Below are positions 9,665 through 17,816 of a stretch of DNA of 64,000 bases, in pieces. The DNA comes from a virus. The stretch's first letter is position 1, and each line of letters opens with the position of its first letter. The position numbers and the translations under genes are program-made. Under the pieces are notes generated by a model. The model had not been told where the DNA came from and did no database searches. It was given only the letters and a program-made list of their open reading frames with translations. The stretch lies in the IMG/VR virus record IMGVR_UViG_3300028874_000370, positions 38,154 through 102,153 of that record; one strand, written 5' to 3'.

Positions 9665-10406
9665 TATCTAAGTCCCACTCAAACTCTCTATACCAGGCTT
9701 TCTGTCCAAGTACAGCCATCATATTTTTTTTGAATTCTTGTCCTCTTTCAGGATGCTCATCCCATCTAATATGACACTGTTCCAATATCGAACTATCACA
9801 CAGTGTTTTAGCGATTTCATCATCATCAGACATAGTAGATAAGATTGCAACACTGCCACCTCGGTCATAAGTTAAACCAATATTACCTAGTAAATATTGC
9901 TGAACAGATTTCCTAACAAATAAAAATTCATCAAAAATTAAATATGATACTTTAATTCCTCTACCAAAATTATCGGAGGAGCATGCATTAGATATAATCC
10001 TGGAACCATTAAAAAATTCCAGTTTTTGCATTGTATTAATATTTACTTTTGGAATTAACCATGTTGGCAATTCCTTGAGTGCGATTCTAATAATGCTCAT
10101 TATGTGTTGTGCATTATTGACATTGATTGTGCCAATCAAGATATTTTGGCTGGGCCAGAAGATTGCTAACCAAAGAGAAAATAGTGCAGAGATAAGAGTT
10201 TTACCAACCTGTCTTGGCCCAATAGAAATAATATTGCCACGATGCATAGCATTGATTAAATCAATTTGGTATGGGTATAGATTGATAGACACCAATCCAT
10301 TAATTGGATGTTGAAACTTGCAATACTTGTTGATGAAATAAACTGGGTCTGTTTCGCAGAGGAAAAACTCATTAATAAGTTCTTCAGAATACCCTATTGG
10401 TAGCAT
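9654..10406 (-). CDS. stand-alone terminase ATPase-domain paralog (no nuclease domain)
   Basis: DPVYF, LYPYQ, PRQVGKT, IFDE, WDEHPER; ends at WYREF, matching TerL FRQEY. Confidence 0.85.
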   Translation of the reverse strand: MLPIGYSEELINEFFLCETDPVYFINKYCKFQHPINGLVSINLYPYQIDLINAMHRGNIISIGPRQVGKTLISALFSLWLAIFWPSQNILIGTINVNNAQHIMSIIRIALKELPTWLIPKVNINTMQKLEFFNGSRIISNACSSDNFGRGIKVSYLIFDEFLFVRKSVQQYLLGNIGLTYDRGGSVAILSTMSDDDEIAKTLCDSSILEQCHIRWDEHPERGQEFKKNMMAVLGQKAWYREFEWDLDNGE

Positions 10407-10441
10407 ATAAATAAATCCTTTTAGATAGATTTATTTATATG
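10404..10441 (-). promoter_or_regulatory. 14-bp hairpin sequestering the ATG, with late promoter TATAAATA in its 5' arm
   Basis: catataaataaatc (10404-10417) and gatttatttatatg (10428-10441). Confidence 0.65.
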
Positions 10442-10523
10442 GCAGGAAAGTGATGTCAAAAATTGATGTACATTCCAAAAATATCAAGTTATAATTTCTT
10501 TAACTTAAACATGGAGTTCAATC

Positions 10524-10658
10524 ATGAAAGAATTAAAAGCCATTGCTCGTGACTTCTGTCTTGGTGTTGGTATTGTTGTAGTCATTGCTTCGATTGGCAA
10601 TCAACTGGATCTGTGGAATGCAACCTTCATGATTTGCTTCCATCATTTGACTTGTTAA
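10524..10658 (+). CDS. small hydrophobic protein (44 aa), the only convincing plus-strand gene
   Basis: TGTACA-N17-TATAAT (10467-10495), GGAG RBS, MKELKAIARDFCLGVGIVVVIASIGNQLDLWNATFMICFHHLTC, downstream hairpin at 10662-10692. Confidence 0.65.
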   Translation: MKELKAIARDFCLGVGIVVVIASIGNQLDLWNATFMICFHHLTC

Positions 10659-10709
10659 AATAAATTCTAATCAAAGCATTCGATTAGAATTTCATTTCAT
10701 TACTTTCAT

Positions 10710-10930
10710 TTATTTTCCACTTTTCTTTTTTAAACGGTTCATCAGAGTGTCATACTCTTTATGTGCGTCATCTGTGATTTTGACTTTATCGATTGCGGGG
10801 ATGCCTTCTTTTTAGTACTGACAATCTTACTGGCATTTTTACTGACTTTAGCTAAATATTCTGGAAGATGGGCTTCAAGATACTGGTATAACATATATGC
10901 TCTTAATCCGCTAGCAACTTTAGCCTCATG
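10710..10930 (-). pseudogene. frameshifted C-terminal remnant of an unrelated gene
   Basis: out-of-frame protein-like stretches EHEAKVASGLRAYMLYQYLEAHLPEYLAK... and GIPAIDKVKITDDAHKEYDTLMNRLKKKSGK*. Confidence 0.4.
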
Positions 10931-11313
10931 TTCTGTTTGGTTTGCTGTACTATGCCAATCTTAAACATATCTGGAAGATGTTGATATGCGATTTTTATAA
11001 TTTCCATCATGTAAACTGATGCATGAAAATTATGTGCGCCTAATAAAATATTTTTTTCGTAGTAAAATATCGCATACCAAAGAGCAAATAAACATTCAAT
11101 TGTCGTCTTACCAAACATTCTTGGAGCCTCAATGATAGCATTTCCTTCTTGCATTGCACGAATCATTGCTATATGAGAGTCATTCAAATTAATAAAATCT
11201 AAACCTTTATCTCTATTTACTATTTTGCAATACTTTGAAATGAAGTGAACTGGGTCAGCTTGACATTTGCGAAGCTCATTTATTGGCAGTCTTGTGTATT
11301 CTATATTTTCCAT
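10903..11313 (-). CDS. second, shorter terminase ATPase N-terminal paralog (possibly a pseudogene)
   Basis: KCQADPVHF, APRMFGKT, IAYQHLP; stops before Walker B. Confidence 0.75.
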   Translation of the reverse strand: MENIEYTRLPINELRKCQADPVHFISKYCKIVNRDKGLDFINLNDSHIAMIRAMQEGNAIIEAPRMFGKTTIECLFALWYAIFYYEKNILLGAHNFHASVYMMEIIKIAYQHLPDMFKIGIVQQTKQNMRLKLLAD

Positions 11314-11342
11314 AAACAATCCTTAAAAAGATTATTTATGGA
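11309..11342 (-). promoter_or_regulatory. start-codon-sequestering hairpin with CATAAATA late-promoter variant
   Basis: minus-strand tccataaataatc...gattgtttatgga with one G-U wobble. Confidence 0.55.
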
Positions 11343-11359
11343 TCCTGAAAGACATCAGT

Positions 11360-12070
11360 TTATTCTGCTGATTCACCAAACTTTTGTTTCTTAAGTTGTT
11401 TTAACGAATCAACTAGATTTTTTAAGAATGCTGTAATTTCATCGATAGTATCTTCACAAGCTTTCCAATTTTTGTCAAGTGTTTTTGTTGACTCGCCTGC
11501 TGTTTTCATTTTTTCTAGTCTATGAGACATGACTAGATTGTCTGTAGATGGAGAAATCGAATCAGCTTCCGTTTTTACCTTGTCGTATTGTTCTTTTAAT
11601 TCATCTACTAATTTCGATAAAATTAATTCCGGATCATTAATTTTTACAGTCTTTAACCAATACTCTAACAGGCCGTGAGCATCATGTCTTTCAGAAACAT
11701 CAATAACAGTTGATAGATCAGAAAGCATTTTGTCAATTCTAAATTCTGCTCTATCTACTTTAGGTAGATATTTGCTTAGTAATGATTTGATAAAATCTTC
11801 TAGATATGCTTCTAATGCTTTTTCTATAGAACCTTTATCTGAGTATTTGCTAAATCCTTTTAATGCTAAAGATTTTGGCATATCGCCATCATTGTAATAA
11901 CGATAGTATGCTCTAAAGATCGAATCCTTTTTAGCCTTTTCGCCCTTTGTAAGAATGTCTTTGTCATACATCCATGCTAAAAGCGCATCAATCTTTTTCA
12001 ATTTGCCTTCCCAAGCTCTTCCAGCCGTTGAAGCTTCATTCAACAACAATAATTCTTTAACTAATTCCAT
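11360..12070 (-). CDS. hypothetical protein, putative head-internal protein
   Basis: likely start MELVKELLLLNE; YYRYYNDGD motif. Confidence 0.7.
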   Translation of the reverse strand: MELVKELLLLNEASTAGRAWEGKLKKIDALLAWMYDKDILTKGEKAKKDSIFRAYYRYYNDGDMPKSLALKGFSKYSDKGSIEKALEAYLEDFIKSLLSKYLPKVDRAEFRIDKMLSDLSTVIDVSERHDAHGLLEYWLKTVKINDPELILSKLVDELKEQYDKVKTEADSISPSTDNLVMSHRLEKMKTAGESTKTLDKNWKACEDTIDEITAFLKNLVDSLKQLKKQKFGESAE

Positions 12071-12119
12071 TTTATAAAAAAAAGATGTAAAAATGATACT
12101 TAAGTGTAATTGATACAAA

Positions 12120-12560
12120 TTAATGCCAGTATTCCATGTCGTTAATCTGACTCAATGTAAAATGAATACTCTGTTCAAGCAGCAAGCTTAGCATTTCTTC
12201 AATGACCTTAAGTTTATCGTGCATCAGTTTGTTCATGATTTCAAACTGTTCATCAGTATAAATAGTGCGTTTTGGAGCTTGCCCATAGGGCACCTCAAAT
12301 GCCTCTCCAGTTTGTCCATTAAATGTCACCCCATAAATAATATCGGGGGTCATGATGGTCGCCAGTTTTTCCTGTTCACGTTTAAGTTCACGCCGCAATG
12401 CCTTAGTCATTTTGGCAGCAATGGCGGGATGTTTGGAATTATCAAAAATAACTTCAAAGGCATCTTGAAGATCGAGCAGTTTGCCTGAAAAAAGTGCAGT
12501 TTTTTCAACCTTCGCCGGTTGAGCCAGAACACCACTAAACTGGTAACGATGAATGCTCAT
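12120..12560 (-). CDS. hypothetical protein (paralog of 12660-13310)
   Basis: shared C-terminus TIY..EQ...KL...E..SL.L.Q; GAGG RBS and TATAAT promoter upstream. Confidence 0.7.
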   Translation of the reverse strand: MSIHRYQFSGVLAQPAKVEKTALFSGKLLDLQDAFEVIFDNSKHPAIAAKMTKALRRELKREQEKLATIMTPDIIYGVTFNGQTGEAFEVPYGQAPKRTIYTDEQFEIMNKLMHDKLKVIEEMLSLLLEQSIHFTLSQINDMEYWH

Positions 12561-12631
12561 GTGTGCCTCTATAAATCAAATGGAATAGTCCATTATACCA
12601 TACATATAGCAATGTATCATGATAAAAAATA

Positions 12632-12661
12632 AAAAAGCCTGCAATGAGAATTGCAGGCTTT
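12632..12661 (-). terminator. intrinsic terminator
   Basis: aaaaagcctgcaatgagaattgcaggcttt. Confidence 0.7.
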
Positions 12662-13310
12662 AGTTCATATAAAAATTTTTTAAATGCTTAAAAAAATTAG
12701 ACTCATAAAAGTTACACTCAAATCCATTGAATTCCTGAATTTTGAAAACCACAGTTTGTCCTAGTATAAGGCTACTTAGTTTTTCAACCAGTTCAAGTTT
12801 GGCACTCAGTGCATCATGTTTTTCCTGCATTTGTTCAAAACTATAAATCGTGGGAGCAGGGCTATAATCATCTTTAATATTCCACACACCACTTACACCA
12901 TTAAGGCAATCACACAATTCATTTTGATTACTGATAATGCTGCGCACCTTCCATGAATCTTTTTGCAATTCATTTAAAGTAGTATCACTCACCAGAGTCT
13001 TGATTTTATCATGCTCTGCATTGTCAAGATAGGCAACCTCGCCAATTGCTCCAAGTGTCCGGCCAGTTGTAGCATCAACATGAACCATGATCTTACCATC
13101 ACCCATATCAGTGATCTTAATATCCTCATATCCGGGAATTTTCATACTAACATCACCAGAGGTAATTGCAGTTTTGCGACTAGGACCCCATCCGTTACCA
13201 GTAGCCTTTTCTATAGCCAATGGCCAATTTGGAAGCTCCATTTTTTTCATATATTCAGATGCGGTTTTTACATCTTTGAACATGAGGTGGGTTGGATGTT
13301 CTTCAGCCAT
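12660..13310 (-). CDS. hypothetical protein; frame open 51 codons further upstream with no ATG
   Basis: 216-aa ORF; frame open to 13463. Confidence 0.7.
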   Translation of the reverse strand: MAEEHPTHLMFKDVKTASEYMKKMELPNWPLAIEKATGNGWGPSRKTAITSGDVSMKIPGYEDIKITDMGDGKIMVHVDATTGRTLGAIGEVAYLDNAEHDKIKTLVSDTTLNELQKDSWKVRSIISNQNELCDCLNGVSGVWNIKDDYSPAPTIYSFEQMQEKHDALSAKLELVEKLSSLILGQTVVFKIQEFNGFECNFYESNFFKHLKNFYMN

Positions 13311-13437
13311 CTTAGCTAATTTTTCTTTGGCTTGTTTCTGTAGCTTAGTTAGGACATCTTTAGAAAATTCATGATCATTCTTAATATCATATATTTCCCC
13401 AAGAACTATTCTGGCCTTGTACTCACCGCTCTTAGCC

Positions 13438-13975
13438 CAACTCGACCATATGGTCGAGTTGCTTCAGATAATATTTCTGTTACTTTAATTTATGTTTAAT
13501 TTATGTTTCTTTTATTTATTAGTATTTTCGGGATAGCCGAGCTTCTTCTCTATCACCTATAATAGAAAGAATATAGGATGAAAAAGTTCAGAATCAAAAA
13601 GATTCTGCTACGAAATTCTATTGACAAAATGGTCTGTGGTGAATAGTCGTAAAGCGGACGACAGTATATTTCGACTTACCGAAGGTCGAATTTTGGCCGC
13701 CAATTATCAGCAGTGGAACGTACCACAATGAATACCCGTTAGGGAAGGATTTAAAGAGTTTTGCTGTTTATTTCTGATGCGCTTACATCAGTGTGCCCCG
13801 AAGCTCGGATGACTTTAGTTTTTATAATGTCGAGAGGGCCGCCATAATTTACTATTACTAGTGTGCTAAGGCCTGTAGCACATACGCTTTCATACTCCAC
13901 GCACGCACATATTGAACGTCTTAATTAAAGGGTTGGAGTCCCTAAAAAATTTCTTAAATTAAGATCATGAAAGAA
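13438..13975 (-). ncRNA. candidate large structured non-coding RNA (or structured origin)
   Basis: no long ORF; many local stems, long-range pair 13537-13545/13800-13808, two CUUCGG hexamers on the minus strand, 24-bp palindrome 13438-13461, upstream TGnTATAAT at 14054-14062. Confidence 0.5.
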
Positions 13976-14027
13976 AGATCACAAACAGAAGTGTTACAAA
14001 AATGCAGAGATACAAATTCGATATCAT
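13965..14027 (-). CDS. putative 20-aa hydrophobic peptide
   Basis: MISNLYLCIFVTLLFVIFLS follows a promoter and an AAATAATAAATTT leader. Confidence 0.35.
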   Translation of the reverse strand: MISNLYLCIFVTLLFVIFLS

Positions 14028-14082
14028 AAATTTATTATTTTAATTATGTGAATATTATAACACAAAAGGTATTTTACGTTTG

Positions 14083-14508
14083 TTATTTTTCTAAGATGGC
14101 CAAGAGTTTTCTGTATGTTGCTTTATCATGTGGTTGGCCATGCCCATCACCGCCGCCAACAGCAGATTCATGGCCAGCATCGTCTTCATATGTGCTTGTA
14201 TGAAAATTAGAGCCTTTATTGAATTTGACTGGTTGGTATTCATATTTGTCATTCAGTTCGCCTTGCCCATCATAGAGTTTGCCATTATACTTGACTACGA
14301 TATGAGCTAAGTTTTCATCTTCATCATCACTTAGAATTCCATAGTACTCGAACTCAGAATTAAGGAGATGATACATGAATGCGGCATCTCCACATTCTCC
14401 ACCATCTAAAGAATTACCAGTTTCTTTATACAATTGAGTGAAAGCTGCAATAACTTGTTCTGGAGGATATTGTTTACTTTCACTCAAAAATTGTTTAAAT
14501 GTTTTCAT
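14083..14508 (-). CDS. hypothetical protein with T4 capsid-targeting-like N-terminus
   Basis: starts MKTFKQFLSE (compare T4 IP MKTYQEFIAE). Confidence 0.7.
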   Translation of the reverse strand: MKTFKQFLSESKQYPPEQVIAAFTQLYKETGNSLDGGECGDAAFMYHLLNSEFEYYGILSDDEDENLAHIVVKYNGKLYDGQGELNDKYEYQPVKFNKGSNFHTSTYEDDAGHESAVGGGDGHGQPHDKATYRKLLAILEK

Positions 14509-14518
14509 ATTGATACTT

Positions 14519-14974
14519 TCATTGGTTGGCGTAGCTCTTAGCAAGTTCAGCAATACTTTCTTCTAATTTTTTATTAGCTTCGTCGGAAGTATGTATGACT
14601 TCAAGTAATTTTTGTTTGGCTACATTAGTAAAAGCAATACTCATTTTAGATAATACAGCAGTCACTTCTTTTATTTTGTTGTTCATTAAATCTCTATGAG
14701 TAGATCTTAATTCTGCTAAAGATTCACTATTAAACTTTTTTCTAGTTTCTTCAAGTTCTTTATCCGAAGCACCATTATGCTTCATAATTCTTTCCAATTC
14801 TTTCCAATTTTTATCTCTAGAGTCAACATATACATCAAATGTATCTTTAAATGGATGTTCTATTTCTGTTGGAAGTTCACTACCAAATCTTAATGTAATA
14901 TTGTCCATGGAAGAAAATATTGTTAAGGGGCTAGTTCCATATGTATTAACTTTAAATGCTTTGTTTTCACTCAT
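14519..14974 (-). CDS. hypothetical protein
   Basis: 151-aa ORF with TAATG coupling to the upstream gene. Confidence 0.7.
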   Translation of the reverse strand: MSENKAFKVNTYGTSPLTIFSSMDNITLRFGSELPTEIEHPFKDTFDVYVDSRDKNWKELERIMKHNGASDKELEETRKKFNSESLAELRSTHRDLMNNKIKEVTAVLSKMSIAFTNVAKQKLLEVIHTSDEANKKLEESIAELAKSYANQ

Positions 14975-16152
14975 TATACTTCCTCTATTTGTACAACTTT
15001 AGCTTTACTTGCATCTATTAAAATTTCTTTTTCATTGTAAGCAGTACCAAGTATATATGTTACTAATACAATCGAATTAAAATCAACTTCATATTCAATT
15101 AGATAACCAAGTTCAGAACGTCGTACTGAATCTAGATGTCCTTTTTGAAGAGCAAAATTCATTGCAGCATGTTTACTTGGCGAGGTAGCAACAACTTTTT
15201 CTTTTTTATCTAATAATACTGCTTTGGCTGATGAAATGGTACGTTCGTCTTTATCAGCCGGAACTCCACGATAAACTGTTTTAATTTTCTTTTTAGCCTT
15301 ATTATTAGCATCCCGGATTTCAGGATGATCTTCAATATAAGACATAATTTTAGGAATCAAGGTCTTATTATTTGATTGAAGATAATTTTGAACTAGATCC
15401 ATTAATGTTTTATATGAATCACTACCTGCTTTAGATAACATTAAATATTTTCTAAATTCATCATTACTATCAATTCGTTTTGGCTTATCAGTGGTTGACA
15501 AATTGAGCATAAATGCGATAAGATATTTTAGATTTTCAGCCATCTTATTAACTGGGAAATTTGTGTATGTAAAAATATCACTTGTGAAATCAAGTTCGAT
15601 AATCTTTTTATACATATTGCCATCAATGATATCTATAATATCTGTTGATCCACCACTAAAGAAACCCATATTCTCTCTAGTGAAAGTTTGTTTCATTTGG
15701 CGTTTTGCTTTCTCGTTGACATCTACGTGTGCATCTATTTGATCTAATAGTGCACCTAATGCAGTCGAAACATCATGAACTTTATCTAAATCTCCAGCTA
15801 ACATAGCAGCAAGAATATCATCTGAATGTTTATTCATCTTAGTTCGATGCTTAACCATATTCTCACGAGCTTGTCCCATCTTACCAAATGCAGAAATACA
15901 GTCTTCTAGTTCTTTGATAGCATGGTCCATAAATGTGAAACGTTTGAATTTTTTAAGGGACCTAATTAATTCTTTAACATGTTGATCGGTCCATGATTCT
16001 TTTGATTTATCACCAACAATATAATCATGGATAACTGAACATAGACCTTGGAATTCTTGAGCTAGTTTAGCTTCCATTTTATTTAATGGACGAGCTAGGA
16101 CTGTCATAATTTCTTTAGATTCGGCAAGGAGAAAAATATCTGATACTTTCAT
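14974..16152 (-). CDS. putative ADP-ribosyltransferase (R-S-E type, C-terminal domain)
   Basis: TVYRG, VATSPS, NEKEILI; likely start MKVSDIFLLAE. Confidence 0.7.
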   Translation of the reverse strand: MKVSDIFLLAESKEIMTVLARPLNKMEAKLAQEFQGLCSVIHDYIVGDKSKESWTDQHVKELIRSLKKFKRFTFMDHAIKELEDCISAFGKMGQARENMVKHRTKMNKHSDDILAAMLAGDLDKVHDVSTALGALLDQIDAHVDVNEKAKRQMKQTFTRENMGFFSGGSTDIIDIIDGNMYKKIIELDFTSDIFTYTNFPVNKMAENLKYLIAFMLNLSTTDKPKRIDSNDEFRKYLMLSKAGSDSYKTLMDLVQNYLQSNNKTLIPKIMSYIEDHPEIRDANNKAKKKIKTVYRGVPADKDERTISSAKAVLLDKKEKVVATSPSKHAAMNFALQKGHLDSVRRSELGYLIEYEVDFNSIVLVTYILGTAYNEKEILIDASKAKVVQIEEV

Positions 16153-16180
16153 TGGCGTATTATTATAGTGTGCCAAGTAT

Positions 16181-17296
16181 TTATCGTATAGCAAAAAGAA
16201 ATCTTTTCAAATCTTGTTCAGAGGGTTCACATTTAAATTCCATAGCATGATTTCTAACATCAGTTAATAACAATCTAACTTGTCTTTCAGTAGGAAATAA
16301 TCCAAGCAACTCATAGGCTTTACGAATACCCTGAGACCCAGAATGCTTACCAAGTACTATCGAATGTGTCCGGCCAAGTTCAGCCGGATCGAATCCTTGA
16401 TATGTCAAAATATTCTTAGCCAAACCATCAGTATGAATTCCAGCCTCGTGAGAAAAGACTCCAGCACCTACAATGCTCTTATTAGTCGCTACACTGCGCC
16501 CTGAGGCTTTCTCGACGAGCCGTGATATACCAAGTAAGGCTTTTGGATCGATCCCACTATCGGTGTTATAGAGATGCTTAACGCCCATGACTATTTCTTC
16601 TAGTGCAGCATTACCGGCACGCTCGCCAAGTCCATTTACTGTGGTATTAGCATGAGTAGCTCCAGCTTTTAAAGCTGCCAAGGTATTTGCTGTTGCTAAT
16701 CCAAGATCATCATGAGCATGAATTTCAAGCTCAATATCAACAATCTCTAATATTCTAGAAATACTTTCATAGGTAGAAAATGGATCTAAAACACCTAGAG
16801 TATCAGCAAACCGAATTCTGGAAGCTCCAACCTGTTGAGCTCGTTTAGCAACCTTGATTAAAAATGAAAGATCTGCTCTTGATGAATCTTCAAGACCTAG
16901 GGATATTTTATATCCTGTCTTGACTGCTTTACCAATAACCCTGGTAATTTCATCAAGAACCCATTCTCTAGATTGTCTGAGTTTATATTGGAGATGAATA
17001 TCCGATACAGGAATAGAAAGATGGATAATGTCTGGTGTACATTGTAATGCCGCATTAAGATCCGAATCTGTTAGACGACCCCAGACCATTAATTTGGAAT
17101 TGAGATTTAATGAAGTGATAGCTTGAATACATTCAATCTCATCGTCGCCCATAATAGGAATTCCTATTTCTAATTCTGGAACTCCAGCATCAGATAAAGC
17201 TTGAGCTATATCACATTTTTCTTTTGTTGTGAAGGCTACACCAGCAGTTTGTTCACCATCACGAAGAGTTGTATCATTAATAATTGGATTTTGCAT
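16181..17296 (-). CDS. nifV: homocitrate synthase, NifV-type
   Basis: [59 protein letters not shown]; ~370 aa with no LeuA regulatory domain. Confidence 0.88.
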   Translation of the reverse strand: MQNPIINDTTLRDGEQTAGVAFTTKEKCDIAQALSDAGVPELEIGIPIMGDDEIECIQAITSLNLNSKLMVWGRLTDSDLNAALQCTPDIIHLSIPVSDIHLQYKLRQSREWVLDEITRVIGKAVKTGYKISLGLEDSSRADLSFLIKVAKRAQQVGASRIRFADTLGVLDPFSTYESISRILEIVDIELEIHAHDDLGLATANTLAALKAGATHANTTVNGLGERAGNAALEEIVMGVKHLYNTDSGIDPKALLGISRLVEKASGRSVATNKSIVGAGVFSHEAGIHTDGLAKNILTYQGFDPAELGRTHSIVLGKHSGSQGIRKAYELLGLFPTERQVRLLLTDVRNHAMEFKCEPSEQDLKRFLFAIR

Positions 17297-17320
17297 AACT
17301 TGTATTGTAAGTATATGCAA

Positions 17321-17328
17321 TATTTATA
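17321..17328 (-). promoter_or_regulatory. late promoter TATAAATA for nifV
   Basis: tatttata 25 nt upstream of the ATG, just after a terminator. Confidence 0.6.
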
Positions 17329-17334
17329 TGCCCG

Positions 17335-17360
17335 AAAAGAGACCTGATCAGGTCTCTTTT
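17335..17360. terminator. bidirectional terminator
   Basis: aaaagagacctgatcaggtctcttt. Confidence 0.65.
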
Positions 17361-17396
17361 CTAGAAATTATTCTGGCTTTCAACAAACAAAGATCA

Positions 17397-17756
17397 TTAT
17401 TGATTGACGAATTCATTCAGAAAATCAACAATCAACATACTAAGGCTGCGTGGCCGATTAGAGATGAACGCAATGCCGCGCTGTTTCAAATGTGTTTGTA
17501 ATGCAATACCATTCGCATCATCGGTAACACCGCCGCTGCTCATCATTTTGAGGTACACCATCTTTTTTGTATAATCTTCTTCATCTTCATCATAATCAAT
17601 TTCGATAGATGGGTGGCGTCCAGGCGGTTTGTGGGTCAAAATCATCCCAGGCAATGCCATAATCGATTTTTCTGCTTGAGCCCATATCGGCTCAGCTTTT
17701 TCAGATTCGACTAAAACATCAAATTCTTTAACTGTAAGATTCGTTTTATTTGACAT
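17397..17756 (-). CDS. hypothetical early protein
   Basis: 119 aa; upstream TTTACT-N16-TATAAT (17813-17786). Confidence 0.7.
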   Translation of the reverse strand: MSNKTNLTVKEFDVLVESEKAEPIWAQAEKSIMALPGMILTHKPPGRHPSIEIDYDEDEEDYTKKMVYLKMMSSGGVTDDANGIALQTHLKQRGIAFISNRPRSLSMLIVDFLNEFVNQ

Positions 17757-17816
17757 GATATTTCCAGGATTGTTGATGTTGATTCATTATATACTATATC
17801 TTGAAAAAGTAAAACT

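Noticed and set aside
8138-11319. A single terminase gene split by introns or inteins
   Set aside because: The three ORFs repeat the same N-terminal region instead of being consecutive parts, and 8138-9664 is complete on its own.
13438-13975. Group I intron or tRNA/tmRNA identity for the structured element
   Set aside because: R-like (ttacgactat) and Q-like (aatttcgtagc) snippets occur in the wrong order, and no cloverleaf or T-loop/CCA was seen. Left as an unassigned RNA.
16181-17320. LeuA isopropylmalate synthase, or host contamination
   Set aside because: Length and motifs fit NifV. The gene has a phage late promoter and phage-like AT richness and is flanked by phage genes.
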